A DNA stretch of 62,938 nt from Candidatus Cloacimonadota bacterium (GCA_029553545.1 JAKPKU010000237.1:1-62938); one strand, 5' to 3'; shown: positions 19,801-28,253, counted from the first letter of the stretch. Made by a program: numbers and translations. Notes: a model not told the origin generated them from the letters alone.

Positions 19801-19953
19801 CCTAAAGGACCACAACAAGGCGAAATGAAGGTCGTACGAGGTGGTGCATGGTGCTTTGGAACTGAACATATGAAAACCTTTTACCGTGGTAGTGCAAAAC
19901 CTTTGACACGTAACAATTTTATAGGGTTCCGTATGGTAATACCCCATAATTAA
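16864..19953 (+). CDS. Hanks-type Ser/Thr kinase domain, TM, LRR, TM, FGE-sulfatase (SUMF1) domain fusion protein
   Basis: AIK, HTDLKPAN, DFS and YLAPE kinase motifs. Hydrophobic helices YLWLALLSLFLILPFYLIV and YIIFFLVTLLMSIIIVFLIRIFF flank LxxLxLxx repeats. C-terminal RLPTEAEWEYAAR, MSGNILEW, RGG and IGFR. Confidence 0.88.
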   Translation: MNDYKHPTAKKNKHGIKKPFEEEVYKNFQLKENDIIADKYRIIEKINSGLLSEVYLVENMTNNKFQAIKIFGKYNEIRDIYDFIRINTTLMQKLNHKNIVKISDFIDSNYVLQEMEYVKGNSLESLIYKKDIKKSQLLPYSLQIAEAMKEAHDNNIHHTDLKPANILINDQNTVKIIDFSHPQIHKMLFIEEVLTNEYLAPEFSNLTNEPDELDYNQQDIFAFGVTLYELLYKKLPFHKDGRVINYKIPRRIRHSKNPIDKIIKGCLYYYPEDRYQSFDEIIEDLKKIKPQKDFSFNMIKKTISKQFKFTSLKPYIQDDFKYLWLALLSLFLILPFYLIVQRNTETLDNEILIDSPPFSTYINMNYQGKPPFKTRLTKGDHIEFVDENGKSQFEMIYDQEKKIDLKFTKKKIFLNNRLYGQIVDNVTDLPLSPSLKYVKSKIYLSKKDFKRQKKRLIISLGENIDEQILDQLPEKTEFINLKNNNRIRSIKKLLKLQGLHGLNLEGSTVNTDDIKEFRNLKHLNLKKTKIKRISPIVRNSKLKNLDISNTDIRSVDAIVNLKNIENIHVSGDSLKDIRPFLNLPNLKSISTNREIYPDLDMDSLNRLIKNNHEHQTVKRIYNNKKKNNYNYIIFFLVTLLMSIIIVFLIRIFFYRKHNNLQESHLDEHVESTDDETIPKTQKYSDREIGHIKKAIADKRLHLPPKDNALYYLSALLKNNNNDETLLELKNEVLNSLKEKCELHTKRSEHEAVYLISSECNKFFPDPIYSKKLNEIKRKLIKNYGLHMVKLKGGKFLMGDYTVQYTDNFNSAHEVHLDAFKISRTVITNSQFCDFLNSQGNQIEFGTPWYKEDSQYARIEKSKSFYVCKEPYQDFPVYDVSWFGAVRFCEWKGGRLPTEAEWEYAARSGGKQHLYAVKGELNKNKANYLVDINDTLWHSVFPVKSFKPNNAKLYEMSGNILEWCQDWYDKYYYEISPDKNPKGPQQGEMKVVRGGAWCFGTEHMKTFYRGSAKPLTRNNFIGFRMVIPHN

Positions 19954-19956
19954 AGG

Positions 19957-20586
19957 ATGTACATGCGTAGTGTTTTAATTATTATATTTTCTTTTATTTC
20001 AATTAGCTTGTTTGCACAATATAGCGAAAGCCTTATTTCAGAAGCTTATGATGATATTGTGAGCTTGATGAACACAATGCCAAATGAGTCATCATTGATT
20101 CTTTATGAAGAATTTAATGGCAATTTTGGTGCTGAATTTACTAATGTATTAAAAGCTAAATTGAGCAAAGATAAAGGCTATAGTTTTATTAATGAGCAAG
20201 AGCAAAAACGTCTATTCTCTGAACAGTTGAAGCTAACTGATCCTATATATGACAATATGCCAGCTACACCTACACTGCAACCGCCTAAATGGCTTTTAAC
20301 AGGGGAAGCTAATTTATTGATTACTAAGAAATACTGGAAAAAGCACTATCTATTTAATATCAACTTTACTTTGTTAAATATACAAAATGGTACAAACGAC
20401 TTTATTTATGCTAAGAGTTTTAAAAGGAAATGGTCGCCACCGATTTTTATAACAGTAATAATCTTTATTGCTTTTATAGGTATTTTACGTTATATTGTAT
20501 ATAGTTTTAAAGGTTATTATGCTTTACAAGTGTATCTTAGCGGTACGCTTTTTTTAATAATCTATTTAATATGGGTATTTTTATAG
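19957..20586 (+). CDS. Exported hypothetical protein with two C-terminal TM helices
   Basis: Signal peptide ending SLFA and a hydrophobic C-terminus. Starts 3 nt after the kinase stop. Confidence 0.7.
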   Translation: MYMRSVLIIIFSFISISLFAQYSESLISEAYDDIVSLMNTMPNESSLILYEEFNGNFGAEFTNVLKAKLSKDKGYSFINEQEQKRLFSEQLKLTDPIYDNMPATPTLQPPKWLLTGEANLLITKKYWKKHYLFNINFTLLNIQNGTNDFIYAKSFKRKWSPPIFITVIIFIAFIGILRYIVYSFKGYYALQVYLSGTLFLIIYLIWVFL

Positions 20587-20598
20587 TTAGAGGGAGTT

Positions 20599-22101
20599 AT
20601 GAACATATCAGGTAAACTGTTATTAGAAGGCAAAAAAAGGGTATGGGATTTAGATACTTGGCTTGGGCAAACTAAAGATTTTATTATACAAGAGATCAAT
20701 TTATTTGCAAAGAAAGAGAAAAATGATACAATTTTTTTAAGGAAGACTATATATGAGAATATCCTTTCCTGTCTTACTAATAATAAAGTATTTACGAAAG
20801 AGATAAGGCAAAAAATTATTGTTTCATATATCTTTTTCCAAACTAAAGAATACAAGCTATCAGAAGAATATATAACTTCTATAATTGATAAAATCAATCC
20901 AAAGTCGACAGACGAGTATCGAGTCAGATCGTATATTGACTTTTGTTTCGCACAAATTTATTTGCAGAAAGCTGATTTTCGTCGATCAAATGAGTTCTTT
21001 ATAAAATCTTTTATTGGGCTTAAAGACAGTATGAGTCCACATGAAAAGGTCTTTTTTATACTGTCATGGATCTTCTTGTTTATAGAATGCAAATTTTATG
21101 ATTATACAGATCAACTTCTATCATTGATTAGCAGTTTCTATTTACCAAGACAAGATGACAACTATGCAAGACTACTCTACTTAAACTTTCTTAATCAAAA
21201 AAAACAGAATAATTTGGTTACTGCAATAAATTGGGCAAACATGCTCTTGCCCATGGATACTAATAATTTGGATGAAGATGACTGGTATTCTGTACATATT
21301 TTTGCTGGAGAATACTATGCCTCAATCAATAAAAACTTTGACAAGTCTATCTACCATTTTACTTTTGCTAACTCTTTTTTGTCATTAAAATGGAAAAAGT
21401 TTATTAACTTTATAAGTGAATTGAAAAACTATCTAAAGATTACTGATTATTTGAAAGTTAGGCTTGTTTATGAAGATAAGATGCTGGAAATTATCCTGGA
21501 AAACAATCTACACAGCTCGCACTATCTACACTCTTTAAAATCAGCATACGAAGAGCTGGAGATTTTGTATAAACAAGTGCGTGAAATGTCAATGACAGAC
21601 AGCCTTACAAGTTTGAATAATCGGCACTATTTATGGGACAAAGCACCTGAATTTATGAACCTTGCAAATCTCCAAAACGTAAGTATTAGCTGCATAATGA
21701 TCGATCTTGATGACTTTAAAGATATAAATGATTTATATGGTCACCAGATAGGCGATGATATCTTGAAACAGGTCGGAGCAATAATAAAGGGGGCTTTTAG
21801 AAGATCTGATATAGTAATAAGGTTTGGAGGGGAGGAGTTTTTAATACTACTTTTAAAATCAAACTTAGAAAATAGTAATATGTTGTGTCAAAAACTTAAA
21901 GAAAAAATAGAAGAGCATATCTTCAGTGTAAAAGGCATCGAAATCAAAATCAGTGTGTCTATAGGAATTAGCTATCGGAAGAATGTTGTAAATAGCATGA
22001 AATTACTTGAAGAAATGATTGAAGAAGCGGACTTAGCAATGTACTATTCAAAAACAAATGGTAAAAACCAAGTTACCTTTTATAAAAAAAAATGTAAGTG
22101 A
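20599..22101 (+). CDS. Diguanylate cyclase with helical (TPR-like) N-terminus
   Basis: [28 protein letters not shown]-site and GGEEF active site. Confidence 0.9.
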   Translation: MNISGKLLLEGKKRVWDLDTWLGQTKDFIIQEINLFAKKEKNDTIFLRKTIYENILSCLTNNKVFTKEIRQKIIVSYIFFQTKEYKLSEEYITSIIDKINPKSTDEYRVRSYIDFCFAQIYLQKADFRRSNEFFIKSFIGLKDSMSPHEKVFFILSWIFLFIECKFYDYTDQLLSLISSFYLPRQDDNYARLLYLNFLNQKKQNNLVTAINWANMLLPMDTNNLDEDDWYSVHIFAGEYYASINKNFDKSIYHFTFANSFLSLKWKKFINFISELKNYLKITDYLKVRLVYEDKMLEIILENNLHSSHYLHSLKSAYEELEILYKQVREMSMTDSLTSLNNRHYLWDKAPEFMNLANLQNVSISCIMIDLDDFKDINDLYGHQIGDDILKQVGAIIKGAFRRSDIVIRFGGEEFLILLLKSNLENSNMLCQKLKEKIEEHIFSVKGIEIKISVSIGISYRKNVVNSMKLLEEMIEEADLAMYYSKTNGKNQVTFYKKKCK

Positions 22102-22108
22102 GGGAGAA

Positions 22109-23212
22109 ATGGCTCAAGTTTTAATAAAAAATGTGAACAAAATCTATGAAAATGGCTTTCATGCCGTTAAAGACGTCAATATTTTAGCAGAAGATGAAGA
22201 ATTTGTCGTTTTAGTTGGACCTTCAGGCTGTGGGAAAACAACTACTCTACGTATGGTCGCAGGCCTTGAAACAATCAGCTCAGGTGAGATATTAATCGAC
22301 AACAGGGTCGTCAATGATGTTTTACCAAAAGATAGAAATATAGCTATGGTCTTTCAAAACTATGCTTTATACCCACATATGACCGTTTTTGAGAATATGG
22401 CTTTTGCTTTAAAACTAAGAAAAATGAATAAAGCTGAGATCAAACAAAAAGTTAAAAACGCTGCTGAGATGTTAGGCATTGATATGCTTTTAGATAGAAA
22501 GCCAAAACAACTGTCAGGTGGTCAACGACAGCGTGTTGCTCTGGGAAGAGCTATTGTACGCAATCCACAAGTATTCCTATTTGATGAACCATTGTCTAAC
22601 CTTGATGCTAAAATGAGAGTACAAATGAGAGCTGAAATATCAAGACTGCATAAAAACTTGAAAACAACAATGTTATATGTTACTCATGACCAAATTGAAG
22701 CAATGACCATGGCTGACAAAATAGTTGTCATGAAAGATGGTGTGATACAACAAATTGGAAGCCCTTTAGACGTATATAATAAGCCATCAAATCTATTTGT
22801 GGCTGGCTTTATAGGAAGCCCTGCTATCAATTCATTCACAGGAAAGCTTTATACCGAAAACAACCAATTATTCTTTGTTTATGAAAACATGAAAATAGCA
22901 TTGACAAATGAACAAAGAAATGCAATAAAAGATTATAAGTCTGAAGAAATTATCTTTTCTATTAGACCAGAAGATATTTATGATGCAAACTTCGATAGCT
23001 TGATTGAGCAAAAACAAACAACAGAAGCCTTTTGTGAAATTGTAGAGCCTTTGGGAAATGAATATATGGTTTATTTAAAAATAGGCACAAAGGATATTAC
23101 TGCTCGTTTTGACCCTAAAAAGTTGCCTGAAACTAATAAGAATCTGATGGTAAGTTTTGATATATCAAAAACTCGCTTGTTTGATGTAAATACGCATCTA
23201 AGATTGTTTTAG
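22109..23212 (+). CDS. CUT1 sugar ABC transporter ATPase (MsmX/MalK/UgpC type)
   Basis: [24 protein letters not shown] and FVAGFIGSP. Start moved to the ATG at 22109 after GAGGGAG. Confidence 0.93.
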   Translation: MAQVLIKNVNKIYENGFHAVKDVNILAEDEEFVVLVGPSGCGKTTTLRMVAGLETISSGEILIDNRVVNDVLPKDRNIAMVFQNYALYPHMTVFENMAFALKLRKMNKAEIKQKVKNAAEMLGIDMLLDRKPKQLSGGQRQRVALGRAIVRNPQVFLFDEPLSNLDAKMRVQMRAEISRLHKNLKTTMLYVTHDQIEAMTMADKIVVMKDGVIQQIGSPLDVYNKPSNLFVAGFIGSPAINSFTGKLYTENNQLFFVYENMKIALTNEQRNAIKDYKSEEIIFSIRPEDIYDANFDSLIEQKQTTEAFCEIVEPLGNEYMVYLKIGTKDITARFDPKKLPETNKNLMVSFDISKTRLFDVNTHLRLF

Positions 23213-23220
23213 GCGTATTT

Positions 23221-24012
23221 ATGCAAGAAACATTATTTAAATTAAACCCAGAGAATAATATCGTTGCAGCTGCCATACATGCAGGAAGCCATATCAGAAA
23301 AGAACTGGAAGAGATAATAGGCTTAAACAGGAATATTCTTTTGCATGAAGAAGACCCGATGACTGATCATATTGCAATCTTGTTCGACTCTTTTATCATT
23401 CAAAATACAAGCAGGTTTGAATACGATACAAATAGACCTATATCCTCTGCAGTTTATCAAAAGCCACCGGATTGTTGGGGATTAGAAATATATCCAAACC
23501 AAATTGATAGCAAAATGGTGCTTATTTCAGAGAATAAATATCGTGAGTTTTATAAACACATTGATATGTTTTTTAATGAATTGTGCAAAGAACATAAACA
23601 AATATTTGTGTGGGATATACATAGCTTTAATAATAGAGGACGCCCAGATATTAGTCACGAGCATATAGACAATGCAGTGCCTGATATATGTTTGGGCACA
23701 AGCAATACTAACCCGAAGTTTCATGATTTATTTAAGGAAATAGCCAATAATATAGCGAGAGAAGACTATTTAGGAAAAAGACTTTCTGTAGAATTTAACA
23801 ATCCTTTTCCTGGCGGCACTTTTCCAAGGTATTTAAATGCAAACTTTGATGGCAAGGTCGTAGCGTTTACTCTTGAGATCAACAAAAGGATCTTTATGAA
23901 AAGCAATAAGCATCGATTTGATGAGTCTGATGCGATAATTGATTTGCGAGCCTTGGCAAGATTGAGAGAAATCATCCATAACCAAAGCTCGCTTATTAGT
24001 TCAAGTCTTTAA
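23221..24012 (+). CDS. hutG: N-formylglutamate amidohydrolase family protein
   Basis: AIHAG, EED, SRFEYDTNR, DIHSF, PDICLG, PFPGG and LEINK motifs. Confidence 0.8.
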   Translation: MQETLFKLNPENNIVAAAIHAGSHIRKELEEIIGLNRNILLHEEDPMTDHIAILFDSFIIQNTSRFEYDTNRPISSAVYQKPPDCWGLEIYPNQIDSKMVLISENKYREFYKHIDMFFNELCKEHKQIFVWDIHSFNNRGRPDISHEHIDNAVPDICLGTSNTNPKFHDLFKEIANNIAREDYLGKRLSVEFNNPFPGGTFPRYLNANFDGKVVAFTLEINKRIFMKSNKHRFDESDAIIDLRALARLREIIHNQSSLISSSL

Positions 24013-25031
24013 TCTTTTTTACTCTGTCTAATAATAGTTTTTGCAAAGTCAACCAAATACAAATCTATAGGGAAGAATGTTTTATTGATTTCTTTGACAA
24101 AACGTTCTGTTGCGGTCTTAATGCCTTCTTTTATTTTAGCTCTATTCTCCTTTTGATATTCCCTTACTTCTTTTTCAGGCACTTCTTCTTTGGTCTCCCA
24201 AGTAGCGAATATCCCGTCATAATCATTATAATCATAGTCTGTGCTGGGATAATAGCCGTATAAAGAAAGGTTGATTACATAGTCGATATCAGGTTCATAA
24301 AAAAGGTCTTTAACATTAAATGCCTTACCACCCCAAATTTTGTTCAATTCATCAGCTAACTCTTCAAGAATAGTATGCAACTTCTCTATTTTGAAGTTTT
24401 CTGGTTTTACCAATGCTTTTACTAATTCAACGAACTTTTATTCCAAATCATGCTTTAGTTGCTCTGTTGTTTCACTAAAGTAGTCAGAGAGTTTTCTGAG
24501 ATAAATGTCAACCCGAGTATCGAGGCTGTCATCGTTTGGACGTGTTTTCACTACACCAGGGTTTGATGGCAACTTATACCATTCAAAAGCTTCCATATAC
24601 TTTTCAGTGATTTCTTCGAAATGTTCATTTAACAAGTATCGTTTTATAAAACTAAATGGGTTGTCGACTTTACTATCGTATAAAAGCCTAACAGATTGTT
24701 TAATCTTTATTAATACATCTTCAGAAAGATCCTTAGCGTCAAAATCAGAGATAATATCAAAAAAGTCATAGTCCTCTTCATATTGATCAACGTAAGGCGC
24801 ATAGGTATTGAGATTATTAGACCTTCTTTGCTTTTCTTTTTCTACTTTTTGACGGAGCATTCTTTCTGCTAATTCAGCTTCACTGGGTTCTTTAGTTTCT
24901 TCTTTTTCATTCGCAAACGCACTAAAAAAGCTTCGAATGCCTTCAGCAAGGTTACGGGCTGTTACTTTTTCCACTTCTTCGACTTCTTCGACTTCTTCGT
25001 CGTGTCTTTCATTCAAGTCTTCGTTTTTCAT
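24009..25031 (-). pseudogene. Allele of the 25706-26773 gene interrupted by one in-frame TAA at 24438-24440
   Basis: Track ORFs 24438-25097 and 24009-24413 are in the same frame. DLE*KFVELV here corresponds to DLEKKFVQLL in the intact copy. ATG at 25031 follows GGAGG. Confidence 0.88.
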
Positions 25032-25062
25032 GTTATCCTCCATTTTGTTTTTTGTTGGCAGA

Positions 25063-25093
25063 ATTATAACATATGGTTTGGACACAGTGTGTC
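25063..25093 (-). promoter_or_regulatory. Putative WYL operator plus extended -10 promoter, copy 1
   Basis: Palindrome GACACA-G-TGTGTC at 25081-25093, 12 nt upstream of the TATAAT hexamer of a TGtTATAAT extended -10 (25071-25063). Confidence 0.7.
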
Positions 25094-25109
25094 TCAAGTG
25101 GTAAAAAAG

Positions 25110-25186
25110 TTGGCATATTTATTCAATTTATTTAAAGACTGCTTGATTACATCTATTAATTCTGTGAGTTACAATACTTTAACATT
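25110..25186 (-). pseudogene. Remnant 3' tail of the WYL regulator gene
   Basis: Translates NVKVL*LTELIDVIKQSLNKLNKIC, versus NVKVLEPQELIDEIKKPLKEINELY in 26852-27826. Confidence 0.8.
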
Positions 25187-25341
25187 AGACTTTGCATGAG
25201 CAAATTCTTTAAAAAAGTGAGAGTATAAAGATTGCTGCTGTTTCATAATCTCCAAATTACAAATTGAGAAATTATCACTACTTGAAAAATTAGATGATAA
25301 TACAAACCTTTTCTTACCTCATAAAAATTCATAATAAATCT

Positions 25342-25432
25342 CCTTTACATTTCCTTTAGAATCCTATAAGACTACCGTTCATTCTCCAAGATAGCAAGAG
25401 GAATGTCAACGGATTCATATAGGCATATTACT
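25342..25432 (+). repeat. Phased 11-bp inverted-array element, copy 2
   Basis: CCTTTACATTT/CCTTTAGAATC/CTATAAGACTA/CCGTTCATTCT, core CCAAGATAGCAAGA, then GGAATGTCAAC/GGATTCATATA/GGCATATTACT. Confidence 0.85.
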
Positions 25433-25626
25433 AATAAATAGACATATACAACAATAGAAAGAGACATGGTGATAAGTAGGGAAATCAGCCCTGATAATAG
25501 GAATATTTATTTTTATTGCCATCTTTAATATTAAAATATGGCTCTTTTCAAAATGTAATTTTCCCAGGCTGTTTTGATTCTCTGTGAAACAGCATCAGAT
25601 TATACAGGTCAACTTCTATCCATTAT

Positions 25627-25703
25627 TAATTGATTTACGAGCCTTGGCAAGGTTGAAAGAAATCATTCATAATCAAGGCTCGCTTATTAGTTCAAGTCTT
25701 TAA
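25627..25703 (+). pseudogene. Orphan duplicate of the last 24 codons of hutG
   Basis: IDLRALARLKEIIHNQGSLISSSL* versus IDLRALARLREIIHNQSSLISSSL* at 23938-24012. Confidence 0.9.
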
Positions 25704-25705
25704 TA

Positions 25706-26773
25706 TTATCTACTCTGCTTAACAATAGTTTTTGCAAAGTCAACCAAATGCAAATCGATTGGGAAGAATGTTTTATTGATTTCATTTGCAAAGCGATCAT
25801 ATGCAGTCTTAACTGCATCTTTTATTTTAGCTTTGTTCTCCTTTTGATATTTTCTTACTTCTTCCTCAGTTACTTCTTCTTTACTTTCCCAAGTGCAGAA
25901 TATTCCATCATAATCATTATATTTATAATCTATGTCGGGATAATAGCCGCTTAAAGAAAGATTTACTACGTAGTCAATATCAGGTTCGTAAAATAAGTCT
26001 TTAACACTAAATGCTTTAGCACCCCAAATTTGATTCAATTCATCAGCTAATTCGCCAACAATTGCATGCAATCTTTCTATTTTGAAGTTTTCAGGTTTAA
26101 TGTACGCTTTTAATAATTGAACGAATTTTTTCTCCAAATCATACTTTAGTTTCTCTGTAGTTTCACTAAAGTAATCAGAGAGTTTTCCGAGATAATCATC
26201 TATACGGTTGCTAATACTGTCATCATTTGGGCGTATTTTTACTACACCAGGGTTAGATGGCAGCTTATACCATTCAAAAGCTTCCATATAAGTTTCAGTA
26301 ATCTCTTTGAAATGTTCATTTAACAAGTATTGTTTTACAAAACTAAATGGGTTGTCAATTTTGTAATCATATAAAAGCTTTACAGATTGTTTAATCTTTA
26401 TTGTTACGTCTTCAGAAAGATCCTTAGCATCAATGTTTGAGATAAGCTCTAAAAAGTCATATTTTTCGACATCTTGATCAATATAAGGTGCAAGTATTGT
26501 AAGGTTTTCAGCCTTTCTTTGTTTTTCCTTTTTTGCATTTTTGAAGTTTTCAATGATTTTTTGCTTTTCCTCTTTTGATTTAGGATTAAGCCAGAAGAGA
26601 ATGTTTTTGAGTTCTAATTCTTCTTCATTTAGCTCTCTACCACTGGGTTCTTTAGGTTCTTCTTTTTCATCTGAAAACATACCAAAAAGATTTTGCATGC
26701 CTTCCCAAATATTATTAAGTTTTAGTTCTTCCACTTCTCTGTCGTGTCTTTCATTCAAGTCTTCGTTTTTCAT
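25706..26773 (-). CDS. Hypothetical acidic, helical protein (gene X), putative WYL-regulated target, 355 aa
   Basis: Intact ORF with ATG at 26773 after GGAGG (MKNEDLNERHD). No recognisable catalytic motif. Confidence 0.85.
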   Translation of the reverse strand: MKNEDLNERHDREVEELKLNNIWEGMQNLFGMFSDEKEEPKEPSGRELNEEELELKNILFWLNPKSKEEKQKIIENFKNAKKEKQRKAENLTILAPYIDQDVEKYDFLELISNIDAKDLSEDVTIKIKQSVKLLYDYKIDNPFSFVKQYLLNEHFKEITETYMEAFEWYKLPSNPGVVKIRPNDDSISNRIDDYLGKLSDYFSETTEKLKYDLEKKFVQLLKAYIKPENFKIERLHAIVGELADELNQIWGAKAFSVKDLFYEPDIDYVVNLSLSGYYPDIDYKYNDYDGIFCTWESKEEVTEEEVRKYQKENKAKIKDAVKTAYDRFANEINKTFFPIDLHLVDFAKTIVKQSR

Positions 26774-26804
26774 GTTATCCTCCATTTTGATTTTTATGGG
26801 CTGG

Positions 26805-26835
26805 ATTATAACATATGGTTTGGACAGAGTGTGTC
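26805..26835 (-). promoter_or_regulatory. Putative WYL operator plus extended -10 promoter, copy 2
   Basis: GACA-GAGTG-TGTC at 26823-26835, 12 nt upstream of the TATAAT hexamer of a TGtTATAAT extended -10 (26813-26805), and 16 nt past the WYL stop. Confidence 0.7.
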
Positions 26836-26851
26836 TCAAGTGGAGAAAGTT

Positions 26852-27826
26852 TTAGTATAATTCGTTTATTTCTTTTAAGGGCTTTTTTATTTCATCTATT
26901 AATTCTTGAGGCTCTAATACTTTAACATTTGCGCCATATGATAAAACATATTTCTTTATTTCATTTATGGAGGTTGCTGGTATTTGTAATAAGACTTTAC
27001 CATCATCGAGTAATTTGACTTTTTGTTTTGGGTGCCAAATGCGCTCTTTGATGTAAGCTGCAATCTTTTCAGAGAAAAGCAGTTTAACTTGAAATGGCTT
27101 TCCCGCATATATACCAAAGGAATCTTCAAAGAATTTTTGTGCATTAAACTCAACATTGTCTCTTGGTTCGGAAACAATCTCTGTGCTACGCATACGGTTT
27201 ATGGCATATATAAGAATTGCTTTTCTCTCTTTAGAAAAGGCTGCAATATAGATATTATTCTCATGAATCTTTAGGCATAATACGGTTACCAAGTGTTCTT
27301 TTTCGGTATTGGATAAGACACTATTATATTTAAAATACAATTTTTTACCTTGTATTAGAGACTGTAAAATCTTTTTCAAGTTTTTACTTTCTTCTTGGTT
27401 CCATACAATTGTTGATTTGGTATCTGGCAGAATTGAGTTCCATACCTTTTGATAGAATTTTAATAATTCTGGAGAAGATTGGCTATGCATCTTGTCAAAA
27501 CAGTTTTTTACTACATCATCAAAGTAGCTTTGTAAAGGATGTGCACTCTTAAACATAAATAACAAAGTTAAAAACTCTTCTTGATTAAAGCTTATAGATG
27601 GGAATCTATAATGTGGGAGCATTTTGTAAATAACTTGGTTGTTCTGACTAATGTTTTCAGAATAAATAGGAAAAGATAAAGAAGAAAGATATGAAATATC
27701 ACGCTGAATTGTTTTTTTAGATACCCCTCTTTCCCTTGCAAGAGTACTTAAGGAGATTCCTCTATTGGCATGAGCATAAATACTCTGCAAAATGCACCAC
27801 TGCCTAAAAAAGCTTTTTTCTTCCAT
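26852..27826 (-). CDS. HTH-WYL-WCX transcriptional regulator (YafY/DriD/PafB-like)
   Basis: N-terminal HTH (LARERGVSKKTIQRDI), WYL core (FKYNS..NIYIAA..YAINRM), SFGIY, and WCX (ERIWHPKQ, LSYGANVKVLEP). Confidence 0.93.
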   Translation of the reverse strand: MEEKSFFRQWCILQSIYAHANRGISLSTLARERGVSKKTIQRDISYLSSLSFPIYSENISQNNQVIYKMLPHYRFPSISFNQEEFLTLLFMFKSAHPLQSYFDDVVKNCFDKMHSQSSPELLKFYQKVWNSILPDTKSTIVWNQEESKNLKKILQSLIQGKKLYFKYNSVLSNTEKEHLVTVLCLKIHENNIYIAAFSKERKAILIYAINRMRSTEIVSEPRDNVEFNAQKFFEDSFGIYAGKPFQVKLLFSEKIAAYIKERIWHPKQKVKLLDDGKVLLQIPATSINEIKKYVLSYGANVKVLEPQELIDEIKKPLKEINELY

Positions 27827-27828
27827 GC

Positions 27829-28242
27829 TTACTTCATAAACGTACAGTTCTGAGCAAACTTATAACCATCTGCATTCCTAAAAAGCTGGACTTTCTTTTT
27901 ACCTATATAAAGTTGAGCATTTTTCACTATTTGCTCAGGTCTATTAATCTGTTGTTTTTCTTTCTCATTGTATAATCGAACTTCAACATTGCCCCCATTT
28001 AAAAATTCAGAAAGAGATGATACAATGATCTCTTGTCTAAGCCCGATTTTTGTAGTTGAAAAATGGATTACTTCATCATCATTTACATAAATACCATGAT
28101 TGTAATATGGCGTAAAGGTATCCCATCTTTTTACCCTGATGTGGTCTCCAAACTTTGGGTTATCATATTTCCATTGGCTTTTATTTTTAAATAACGAAAA
28201 ACCTTGTACACCCAAATCTGGCACATTATTCTTACTTTTCAT
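27829..28242 (-). CDS. LRAT / permuted NlpC-P60 family protein, probably catalytically inactive
   Basis: GDHIRV, NHGIYV, VIHF, SLSEFL and A..YIG pattern. The canonical NNCEHFA motif is replaced by NADGYKFA. Confidence 0.8.
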   Translation of the reverse strand: MKSKNNVPDLGVQGFSLFKNKSQWKYDNPKFGDHIRVKRWDTFTPYYNHGIYVNDDEVIHFSTTKIGLRQEIIVSSLSEFLNGGNVEVRLYNEKEKQQINRPEQIVKNAQLYIGKKKVQLFRNADGYKFAQNCTFMK

Positions 28243-28253
28243 TTTTCTTACCT

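Larger units (their letters stand above)
23936..25186. repeat. Diverged direct repeat, unit 1 (hutG tail, gene X allele, promoter, WYL tail)
   Basis: Aligns with 25627-26929 from TAATTGATTT to AATACTTTAACATT. Confidence 0.92.
25627..26929. repeat. Diverged direct repeat, unit 2
   Basis: Counterpart of 23936-25186. Confidence 0.92.

Noticed and set aside
19800-19953. FGE-sulfatase C-terminus (NNFIGFR) as a diversity-generating retroelement target
   Set aside because: I saw no template repeat and no reverse transcriptase in the window. A distant DGR cannot be excluded.
25032-25097. TTG-started N-terminal extensions of both gene X copies (also 26774-26839)
   Set aside because: They overlap the operator, -10 box and RBS. 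The downstream ATG with GGAGG is the likelier start.
25187-25246. Short ORF as the N-terminus of an internally deleted WYL gene
   Set aside because: Only GCTCATGC (AHA) matches the real WYL start, too little to support homology.
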